This document shows positions 17,075 to 24,455 of a DNA stretch of 41,389 bases, piece after piece. Made by a program: the position numbers and the translations under genes. The first letter of the stretch is position 1; each line of letters starts with the position of its first letter. This DNA is from a virus (lineage: Duplodnaviria > Caudoviricetes), in the IMG/VR virus record IMGVR_UViG_3300024309_000056, positions 1-41,389 of that record; one strand, 5' to 3'. Below the pieces are notes generated by a model that worked only from the letters and a program-made list of their open reading frames with translations, was not told where the DNA came from and ran no database searches.

Positions 17075-17472
17075 TGGCAACTCGTGCTGTTCGATCGCCG
17101 GCGGAGAAGAAACTCGCCGGGCGCATTCCGAAGGCGCCGAGCCAGCTTGAAGAGCGCTTCGCGCGCGACCTGCGCGCCTTGAAGGTGCTCGAGCCGCAGC
17201 GCGAGTACCGGTTCGCGCCCCCTCGCATGTGGCGTTTTGATTTTGCTTGGCCCGAACAGCGGTTCGCGGTCGAGATTGAAGGCGGAGTTTGGACGAATGG
17301 GCGCCACACCAGGGGCTCCGGGTTCGTTGCAGACACCGAGAAGTACAACGCCGCCACCCTCGCGGGCTGGAGGGTGTTGCGCTTTACCGAGAAGTCCGTC
17401 CGAGACGGCTCTGCGGTTGAGCTGGTCGCGCGCTACCTGCGCGTCCCTCCCTACAACCCTGGAATCGTTTAA
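17074..17472 (+). CDS. PD-(D/E)xK-type endonuclease (DUF559/Vsr-like)
   Basis: REYRF...WRFDFAW...AVEIEGG...RHTRG...EKYNAATLAGWRVLRFT. Confidence 0.8.
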   Translation: MATRAVRSPAEKKLAGRIPKAPSQLEERFARDLRALKVLEPQREYRFAPPRMWRFDFAWPEQRFAVEIEGGVWTNGRHTRGSGFVADTEKYNAATLAGWRVLRFTEKSVRDGSAVELVARYLRVPPYNPGIV

Positions 17473-17482
17473 GGAAATGATC

Positions 17483-17854
17483 ATGCTCGATCACAACAAC
17501 TCCGACACTTGGCTGGAAATTCCGTTTCAGAACCCCGCTGCTGCATCTGTCAGCCGCGTTCATCAGTCGGCGGATTCGAACGCGGATCCTGGCATGGCAT
17601 ACGCGCCGTGCCGCTGCTGGCGCTGCCGTGGGGGCGTGGCGCTGGCCGACCGCGCCACCTTGGACCGCCTACTCGCTAAACACCTGATGACGCTCAGCGA
17701 ATCGGAGCGAGGTCAGTGGATGCTGTTCTGGGCAGCCCATCCCCGCCATGACGCCGATGCTCTGGACCAGATGAACACGTGGCTGCGCATCGCGGGCGGA
17801 AGCAACGAGCCCGCGCCGGTGTATCCGGTCTACGTCATTCCGGAGGAAGCATGA
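17483..17854 (+). CDS. Hypothetical phage protein with CxCxxC motif
   Basis: ATG 17483 (or 17477) after AAGGA; CRCWRC; ATGA overlap with the next gene. Confidence 0.55.
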   Translation: MLDHNNSDTWLEIPFQNPAAASVSRVHQSADSNADPGMAYAPCRCWRCRGGVALADRATLDRLLAKHLMTLSESERGQWMLFWAAHPRHDADALDQMNTWLRIAGGSNEPAPVYPVYVIPEEA

Positions 17855-18441
17855 GCGAACGCAATACGCCCTTCGCGCGTTTGGCCGTGGCGCTGGCGTA
17901 CGCATTCAGCGATGAGCGGCATACGCTGAACCGGCCAGCTATGGCCCGCGCGGCTGACATGCGCCTGGGCGAGCCTGGCCCGCTGTCCGGCGCGGATGGC
18001 TGCGCGGAGATTGGCAAGGTTCGGCAGTTTCTGGAACGGAACCTGGACCCGTTGCACGTGGCGGTGCTGCATGCCCGCTACGGGCAGCGCGTGGCAAGCT
18101 GCAAGCACTGCCACAGTGAAGCGGATCACCCTGGGTGGACGGCTGCAATGTACAAGATCGCGGGGGCGCTCGGCGCATACCTGTCGATGCGCACCGCCCA
18201 TAGCGAACTGCTGTATGCCCTCGTGCGCCGCTACTATGACAGCGGCACCGTGCGGACTCTGCAATCACTGTCCGACGAGTATGCGTGCAAGGTTCGCAGT
18301 GTTGAGCGGGCCAGCGCCAGGACGAATGACTGGCTGCGGGGCACGCGCGAGAAGAAGGGGGCGGAGCCCATCTACGGTGTCGAGCAAGCGGCGCATGCTG
18401 CGGCCGAAAAGCTGCTGCGCGACGGAGGGTTTATCCCGTAA
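17851..18441 (+). CDS. Probable late antiterminator (Q-like) / late activator
   Basis: ATG 17851 after GGAGG; CKHC, C-terminal HTH-like region; immediately followed by a strong promoter and a terminator as for lambda Q. Call is largely positional. Confidence 0.65.
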   Translation: MSERNTPFARLAVALAYAFSDERHTLNRPAMARAADMRLGEPGPLSGADGCAEIGKVRQFLERNLDPLHVAVLHARYGQRVASCKHCHSEADHPGWTAAMYKIAGALGAYLSMRTAHSELLYALVRRYYDSGTVRTLQSLSDEYACKVRSVERASARTNDWLRGTREKKGAEPIYGVEQAAHAAAEKLLRDGGFIP

Positions 18442-18444
18442 TCC

Positions 18445-18473
18445 TTGACTGTGCGGAAGTTCGCCGCCATAAT
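18445..18473 (+). promoter_or_regulatory. Late promoter (pR'-like)
   Basis: TTGACT-N17-CATAAT starting 4 nt after the Q-like stop codon. Confidence 0.8.
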
Positions 18474-18509
18474 CAGCGATAACGGATTTCCTCAGAAGTC
18501 CGCCCCAAG

Positions 18510-18541
18510 AAACCCGCCACGCGAAAGCCGGCGGGTTTTTG
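18510..18541 (+). terminator. tR'-like terminator
   Basis: AAACCCGCC...GGCGGG followed by TTTTT, about 60 nt after the inferred start site. Confidence 0.8.
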
Positions 18542-18634
18542 CATTTCTGCGGGCTTGGCTGAGCATTCAACCATCCTTGCTGGCGGGTGACGCGAATGAC
18601 GCATAATGCGGTGGCGCAATCAAGGGAAACGGGG

Positions 18635-19135
18635 ATGAGCGAACTATTGGATTGGGTGGAAAAGGCTGCCGTTGAGAACCTCAAACAGCACCACCAAGCT
18701 GCGGACATGATCGCTAAGGAAGCGACCACTACGCTGACCGTTCTGCTCGCCGGTATGGCGGGCGCGCTAGCTTATGCCGCGAAGGCTGTTGATACCGGAG
18801 CATGGGGCTGGCTGCCCGTGGGTGCCGCAGCGTTTTCCGCTTATCTGTTGGTGCTGGGGTTGTGTCTGGTTCTCGGTTGCTTGAGGATAGGCGACATCCC
18901 CGCGATTTATAACGAACCGAAAAACCTACTCCATCCCGATCTTTCCCTGGATCAGGTCAGGCGTTATGAGCTTGAGAATGCCCAAGCGAGAATTAACGAC
19001 GCGGCGGCGAGAAACCACCGCGTCGCCACCACACTGAATAGGGTTCGCCTAGCAGCGATCCTTAGTCCGCTGGTGTTTCTTGCTATCGGCCTGGCCTGGG
19101 GTTGGGGCTGGGGGTCGGCGCCCGTGACGGGCTAG
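18635..19135 (+). CDS. Three-TM membrane protein (moron), topology reminiscent of Pycsar PycTM effectors
   Basis: ATG 18635; N-terminal helix, two TM segments, soluble NEPKNL region, third C-terminal TM. Family assignment is inference. Confidence 0.7.
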   Translation: MSELLDWVEKAAVENLKQHHQAADMIAKEATTTLTVLLAGMAGALAYAAKAVDTGAWGWLPVGAAAFSAYLLVLGLCLVLGCLRIGDIPAIYNEPKNLLHPDLSLDQVRRYELENAQARINDAAARNHRVATTLNRVRLAAILSPLVFLAIGLAWGWGWGSAPVTG

Positions 19136-19223
19136 GCCGTTCGCTCTTATCGCGGTAGTCGTCCCTCTTTACAGGCTGCGGTTGAGGCACAGGGTTAGTC
19201 ATTTCGTTCTTTCCCTTCGTCAT
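19083..19223 (-). CDS. Small Pro-rich peptide (46 aa, or 39 aa from the second ATG), not in the ORF track
   Basis: MTKGKNEMTNPVPQPQPVKRDDYRDKSERPSPSRAPTPSPNPRPGR; purine-rich AAGGGA before the second ATG (19202); overlaps the 3-TM gene tail-to-tail. Confidence 0.45.
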   Translation of the reverse strand: MTKGKNEMTNPVPQPQPVKRDDYRDKSERPSPSRAPTPSPNPRPGR

Positions 19224-19284
19224 GTGTAGGAGTTGGTAACGATAGCAGAGGAGTCGCCCTTATTCCGTATGCTTGGCAACGCGC

Positions 19285-20124
19285 TTATTTCGCAGCCACG
19301 TTCTGATTTAGATAGGAGATGAAGGCTGAACATGCGACGAGCATAAACATTGCATCAGCATGGGTGACACGGTCATCCTGCGACAAAGCGTGACGTATGC
19401 CCGATTCGTCGCTCGTATACCCATATAGCTTCTTAAAGGCTTCCGATAGCACGGGGTGAACGCCTTCAATCCTCTTTAGGGCGTCTGCCAATGTGGCGGA
19501 CTTCTTGCCTGCGATGGCGCGACAGCACGCCTCGACCGCTGAAATCGATTCTTTAATCGAGTTTCGATAATCCGGTTGCTCAATGCTTCCGATCAGATCC
19601 ATCGCGCGGATTAGGTGTGCTCTTACGGGTGGCTCCGCTGCTGTTAGCGCAGCGTTCACCGCTTGCACCTGCTCTTCGGTAGTAATTTCAACGAACCTGC
19701 CTTCTATTAGGCGATAGGCCGATCCGTAGCGCTCTAGCAAAGTTTCCAAGTCTGCTATGTATCCGCTGTAAACCGACTTGTGATTGATAAAAAACTCTAC
19801 AAGACGATATGGAAACCACCATGGGCCCTCCATACACTGCTTGTGTAGGTGAAGGTACGCGGGGTTGTCTATAACTCCAGAAGAGAAGCTCGATATTCGG
19901 CTGACGTCACCGTTAAGGACCATGACCCAAAAATCCTGGCAGAATCGCTTCACGTATTGTCTCTGGTTCATGGCGTCCGTCGTGTGGCCAATTGCAGGCT
20001 TCCACAGGGTCATGTAAAGCCAATTCCAAATCGCCTGGCGTAACGCGTTGCTCGATAGTTGGCGTTGTACCTCGAATTTCCGTTCGGGGAGTCCCATACG
20101 AGACTCAAAACTGCCTGAATCCAT
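19285..20124 (-). CDS. AbiJ-like abortive-infection protein (AbiJ_NTD4-like plus HEPN-like C-terminus)
   Basis: FESRMG...LRQAIWN, WWFPYRLVEF, DYRNSIKESISAVE, KLYGYTSDESGIRHA, AMFMLVACSAFISYL; AT-richer and antisense to the late operon. Confidence 0.78.
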   Translation of the reverse strand: MDSGSFESRMGLPERKFEVQRQLSSNALRQAIWNWLYMTLWKPAIGHTTDAMNQRQYVKRFCQDFWVMVLNGDVSRISSFSSGVIDNPAYLHLHKQCMEGPWWFPYRLVEFFINHKSVYSGYIADLETLLERYGSAYRLIEGRFVEITTEEQVQAVNAALTAAEPPVRAHLIRAMDLIGSIEQPDYRNSIKESISAVEACCRAIAGKKSATLADALKRIEGVHPVLSEAFKKLYGYTSDESGIRHALSQDDRVTHADAMFMLVACSAFISYLNQNVAAK

Positions 20125-20278
20125 TGCTCTGTCCTCAGCAAAGATTTGGACGGGCTGGCGCTTTAACTTCCGCCCGGTCGAATAACCAAATGTATCAGAA
20201 CGCGGAATGATGCAGCTACTCTGATCGGTAAACGCGTCAAGTCGCTGATTCAGCTAGAAACTCCGCGCGCAACTGTAG

Positions 20279-20452
20279 GTGCCCAGGGCGGTCACAGCCC
20301 CAAGACAAAATCGCCCACTACCGAAAGCCGTTCAGGCTTTCGCCTTGCGACTGAACAGCCCCACCCTCGCAATCAGCGGACCGCACGTTGGGCATGGCGT
20401 GTGGGGGTTGGGTCATCGCCGCCGGGCGGTGTGCAGTTGGTGGCACCCGGCG
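20279..20452 (+). ncRNA. Candidate multi-stem structured RNA
   Basis: Five stems and loop-loop complementarity found by eye (see findings); no known family recognised. Confidence 0.4.
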
Positions 20453-20473
20453 AGATCGTAGACAGGGGGCGCC

Positions 20474-21163
20474 GTGCTTGAAATTAAGATCACGTCCAAC
20501 CTGAAAGACGTCCTGCGGCGCATGGACGCATTCACATCGAAGCAGATGCCGTTTGCGATGGCGCAGGCCATCAACGCAACCGCCGCACGCGCCCAGGCCG
20601 CAGAACAGGCCAACATCAAGACGACCTTCGACAACCCGACGCCATTCACGCAGAAGTCTGTCGGGGTGAGCAAGGCCCGCAAGTCGTCACCGGTGGCGGT
20701 GGTCTACATCAAGAAGATCGCGGCCGCCTACCTGCTGCCCTATGAGACCGGCGGCGTCCACAAGCTGAACAGCCGGGCGCTGCTGAATCCCAAGGGGGTG
20801 AGGCTGAATGGCTACGGCAACCTGCCTCGTGCCTCTATGGGGCGCATGAAGGCAAGGCCGGATGTCTATGTAGGCTCGATACGCACGCGCAACGGCCAAT
20901 CCGTAAACGGGGTATGGCAGCGCGTTGCGCCCAAGAAGGCGCGTGGCGTGAAGGCAGGTGGGCGGCGCCAGGCCGTGACGACTGGACAGCTGGCAAGCCA
21001 ACAGAACCGGGGTGGGCGCCTGAAGCTATTGATCCGCTTCGGGGATGCGCTTCCCGTCAAGAAGCAGCTGAACTTCGGTGCAACGGCGCGCGAGGTCGTG
21101 GAGAGGGACTTCCCCCGCGACTTCGACGCCGCGCTGGCTCAGGCGCTGAAGACGGCCAGGTAG
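20474..21163 (+). CDS. Phage virion morphogenesis protein (gpZ/minor-tail-like)
   Basis: KQMPFAMAQAINATA...FDNPTPFT, very basic; found ahead of terminases in this prophage type. Confidence 0.65.
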   Translation: MLEIKITSNLKDVLRRMDAFTSKQMPFAMAQAINATAARAQAAEQANIKTTFDNPTPFTQKSVGVSKARKSSPVAVVYIKKIAAAYLLPYETGGVHKLNSRALLNPKGVRLNGYGNLPRASMGRMKARPDVYVGSIRTRNGQSVNGVWQRVAPKKARGVKAGGRRQAVTTGQLASQQNRGGRLKLLIRFGDALPVKKQLNFGATAREVVERDFPRDFDAALAQALKTAR

Positions 21164-21479
21164 GGGGATGGGTCCCCTTTAGGGGGTCAAGCAACGCGGG
21201 CATTGCGCGCCGCGTTTTGGGCCCAGCGCCAAGGTGTGAAAGGTGTTCGCACCTGTTCGCACCGGAACGCCAAAACCGCCGCAAGCGAGTATCCACGCGG
21301 CATTCGGGGGGTTTTAGGGTGCGAACACCTGTTTGCACTGGTGTTCGCACTTTGGTTCGCACTGGCATGTTCGCGCGATCAGCCGAAACGCAATGCCCAC
21401 GCGGGCTGGCAGGGATTCTCGCCGTGAGAAATCGCGCCTGGAATTCGGTGCGAACAGGACTTTGGGAGGTGCTCGCACC
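21164..21479. repeat. Putative cos/packaging region with nine TGTTCGCAC-like repeats
   Basis: Direct copies at 21244, 21254, 21330, 21342, 21354, 21368, 21470 and inverted copies at 21319, 21448; preceded by GGGTCCCCTTTAGGGG and CGCGGGCATTGCGCGCCGCG. Confidence 0.75.
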
Positions 21480-22085
21480 GTGGCGAAAGCGGAAAAGGGT
21501 CTTTCTATCCGGGAGTTCGCCCGCCGTGAAGGCTGCTCCGACACGCTGGTGCGGCGCGCGATCACGCAGGGCCGGTTGAAGGCGAGGAAGGATGGAACCA
21601 TCGACCCGGCCCTGGTCGGCACTCCGTGGCGCCAGGCTAATGCGACTGCTGCGAAGTTTGCGACAACGCCCTCGACGCCAGCGGCGAGTCGAAAGAAGGT
21701 TGACGCCCAGGGCGCCAGCGACGCGGCGGTTGAGGATGGGGACTCGCTGGAGGATGTTGCCGACCGGCTATTGAACGAGGGTGACGGCGTTGACTACGCC
21801 GAGGCCCTGCGTCGAAAGGAGAACTGGCTGGCGCTACTGCGGCAGCTGGAATACGAACAGAAATCCGGGGCGTTGGTGGAGCTTGCCGTAGCCCAGGCCG
21901 TACTTTTCGAAGCCTTTCGGGGGCAGCGCGATGCATGGCTGAACTGGCCCGCGAAGATTGGTCCGCTGCTGGCCGCCGAGCTTGGGCTGGAAGAGGCCGA
22001 CCGGGTCACCGAGGCTTTGACTGCGCATGTCCACAAACAAATCTCAGAACTTGGCGAACCCGCCGCCGACTTCAGCCCAGGGTAA
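21480..22085 (+). CDS. Terminase small subunit
   Basis: GTG 21480 after GGGAGG; LSIREFARREGCSDTLVRRAI wHTH; LEYEQKSGALV Nu1-like coil; overlaps TerL. Confidence 0.85.
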   Translation: MAKAEKGLSIREFARREGCSDTLVRRAITQGRLKARKDGTIDPALVGTPWRQANATAAKFATTPSTPAASRKKVDAQGASDAAVEDGDSLEDVADRLLNEGDGVDYAEALRRKENWLALLRQLEYEQKSGALVELAVAQAVLFEAFRGQRDAWLNWPAKIGPLLAAELGLEEADRVTEALTAHVHKQISELGEPAADFSPG

Positions 22086-24195
22086 GCAGGCCGCATTGTG
22101 GCGGGCTGCTCGCCAGGGGTGGACGCCGCCGCCGCGCATCAGCGTGCCGGAATGGGCGGACCGATATCGGAAGCTGGCGAAGGAGGCCGGTAGTACCTCG
22201 GGGAACTGGTCGACCAGCACTGTGGAGGTCGCGCGCGGCCCGATGCTCGCACCGACGGAACCTGGCGTACACGTCATCACGGCCATGGTCAGCACGCAGA
22301 TGCTGAAGACCGCGTTGCTGGAGAACATATTCGGGTATTTCGCCCACCTGGATCCCTGCCCGATGTTGCTGCTGCAGCCTAAGGAAGACGCCGCGGAGCA
22401 ATTCAGCAAGGAGCGCATCAACCCCATGGTGCGGGTGACGCCGGTGCTGCGAGAGTTGGTGGGATCCAGCAAGACACGCACTGCCGACGAAACACTGCTG
22501 TTCAAGTCATTCCCTGGGGGCTTCCTAGCATTGGCGGGCGCCGGCAGTCCTGACAACCTGGCGCGCCGGCCAGTGCGGGTGATTCTTGCCGACGAAGTCG
22601 ACAAGTACCCTGTCACCCGGGAGGGCGATCCAATCTCGCTCGCGGAAGAGCGTACGGCGAGCTTCGGCGCCAACTGGTTGTCGGTCCGGGCTTGCTCGCC
22701 GACCGTGCAGGACGAAAGCCGAATCGAGAAAAGCTACTTGTCTTCGGACCAGCGGCGCGCCTCCGTGTGCTGTCCCGGGTGCGGCCATCGCCAGTTTCTG
22801 GACTTCTTCCGTCACGTCGATTGGAAGAAGCGCAAGGACGACAAGGGCGTGGTGCTGGAGCATTTTCCCAGGACCGCACGAATCTTCTGCGAGGCGTGTG
22901 GTCTGGGGTGGTCGGAAGGCGAGCGTCTGATGACGCTGCGCACCGTGCGTTGGCACCAGACGCGCCCCTTCAACTGCTGCGGTAGCCGTCACGTGCCCCT
23001 GGACATGTACGACCGCGCCTGGCGCGATGCCGAGGCCAGGGACCCTGGCAGTGGCGGCATTACGGCAGTGGACGCCGTGTGGGACTGGTGGGCAAGTGAG
23101 CGACACGCCGTGTATCGCGTGAAGTGTCCAGACTGCGGCACTTGGGCCGTGGACAACCAGCATGCCGGCTTTCAGGCCAGCAAGCTTTATTCCCCCTGGA
23201 GCAAGGACAAGCCATCGGACATTGCGACGAAGTGGTTGGCGGCAAAGGATGACGAGGATCTGAAGCAGGCATGGTGGAACACGCAGATGGGCATGCCCTA
23301 TCGGGCACACAGCGGCAAGGATCTGGATCTGGAAACGCTGGCATCGCGCGGCGAGCTATGGGCTGCGCAAGTTCCCTTCGGCGTCGGGGTATTGACTGCC
23401 GGCCTGGACGTGCAGCCGGACCGTGTGGAATGTGAACTGGTCGGCTGGGGGCGAGACGAGGAAAGCTGGTCCATCGACTACGAGGTGTTCGAAGGCGATC
23501 CAGAGACACCCGAACTGTGGGCACGCGTAGATGCGTACTTGCTGAAGACTTGGTATCGCCACGACGGGCGGCCGTTTAACGTGTCGTCCGCGTGTATCGA
23601 CTCCGGCGGCCACAACACGCAGCGCGTCTACGAGTTCGCGAAGGCCCGTTTGGGTCGTCGAATCTATGCGATCAAGGGGGAATCCGCGCGGAATGGACAG
23701 CGCTCGCCGGTCTGGCCGACGAAGGTCCCGAGCCGCCGAAACAAGGCCACCTATCGCCCGACCATCATCGGCGTGAACACCGCCAAGGACACCATCCGGA
23801 ATCGGTTGAACAAGGACGCGCCGGGCCCGGGATTTATGCACTTTCCCGCGGATCGCGATCTGAATTACTACGCGCAGCTCACGTCCGAGCGAATCGTGGT
23901 CAAGGAAGCGAGCGGGCACAAGTACCGCGTCTGGGAATTGCCCTCGGGACGCGCCAACGAGGCGCTGGACTGCCGGGTATACGCCTATGCCGCGCTCTGT
24001 GCATTGATCCACTTCGGTCTGAAGCTGAATCGGACCGTCGAGGACCTGGCCGAGGTTCTGCATGGTGCGCCGCCGTTGCCTGAGGGCGAAGTCTCTGTAG
24101 CGCCGGCGCCCCAGGCTGGCGCAGCCCAGGGCGGTCCCTCCGTGCGGGTCAAGTCGGCTGCGCCAGGGCGCTCGCGTGTGAGCAAACTTGCATAA
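22027..24195 (+). CDS. Terminase large subunit (lambda gpA family)
   Basis: PPPRISVPEWADRYR, ILADEVDKYP, CPGCGH, LTAGLDVQPDR, CIDSGG, NEALDCRVYA. Confidence 0.93.
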   Translation: MSTNKSQNLANPPPTSAQGKQAALWRAARQGWTPPPRISVPEWADRYRKLAKEAGSTSGNWSTSTVEVARGPMLAPTEPGVHVITAMVSTQMLKTALLENIFGYFAHLDPCPMLLLQPKEDAAEQFSKERINPMVRVTPVLRELVGSSKTRTADETLLFKSFPGGFLALAGAGSPDNLARRPVRVILADEVDKYPVTREGDPISLAEERTASFGANWLSVRACSPTVQDESRIEKSYLSSDQRRASVCCPGCGHRQFLDFFRHVDWKKRKDDKGVVLEHFPRTARIFCEACGLGWSEGERLMTLRTVRWHQTRPFNCCGSRHVPLDMYDRAWRDAEARDPGSGGITAVDAVWDWWASERHAVYRVKCPDCGTWAVDNQHAGFQASKLYSPWSKDKPSDIATKWLAAKDDEDLKQAWWNTQMGMPYRAHSGKDLDLETLASRGELWAAQVPFGVGVLTAGLDVQPDRVECELVGWGRDEESWSIDYEVFEGDPETPELWARVDAYLLKTWYRHDGRPFNVSSACIDSGGHNTQRVYEFAKARLGRRIYAIKGESARNGQRSPVWPTKVPSRRNKATYRPTIIGVNTAKDTIRNRLNKDAPGPGFMHFPADRDLNYYAQLTSERIVVKEASGHKYRVWELPSGRANEALDCRVYAYAALCALIHFGLKLNRTVEDLAEVLHGAPPLPEGEVSVAPAPQAGAAQGGPSVRVKSAAPGRSRVSKLA

Positions 24196-24206
24196 CGAGG
24201 TACGCA

Positions 24207-24455
24207 ATGAGCGTCTATGACGGAATGAGCAGGGCGGAAATGCAGGCGCGGCTGGCCGCCCTGAAGGCCGCCTATTTTGAACTCCTGACCGGGAAGCAGG
24301 TTGCAGCGGCCAGCTACGCGCAGTCGGACGGATCTAAGTCGGTCACCTACAGGGCGGCGGATATGAGCAGGCTCCAGGGCGAAATTGCCCTCCTGCAGCA
24401 ACTGCTTGGCATCGCCCCTCGGGCGCGCCGGCAGATCAACTTCGTGATGCGCTGA
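24207..24455 (+). CDS. Head-tail joining protein (gpW-like)
   Basis: AYFELLTGKQV...KSVTY...LQGEIALLQQLLG between TerL and the portal. Confidence 0.85.
   Translation: MSVYDGMSRAEMQARLAALKAAYFELLTGKQVAAASYAQSDGSKSVTYRAADMSRLQGEIALLQQLLGIAPRARRQINFVMR

Noticed and set aside
20279-20461. 60-aa ORF 20279-20461 as a protein-coding gene
   Set aside because: GTG start without a convincing SD and no motif; the base-pairing pattern explains the sequence better, though coding cannot be excluded.
21244-21478. Repeat cluster considered as a CRISPR array
   Set aside because: Units are 9 bp, irregularly spaced, in both orientations, with no spacers or cas genes; better explained as terminase-binding sites.
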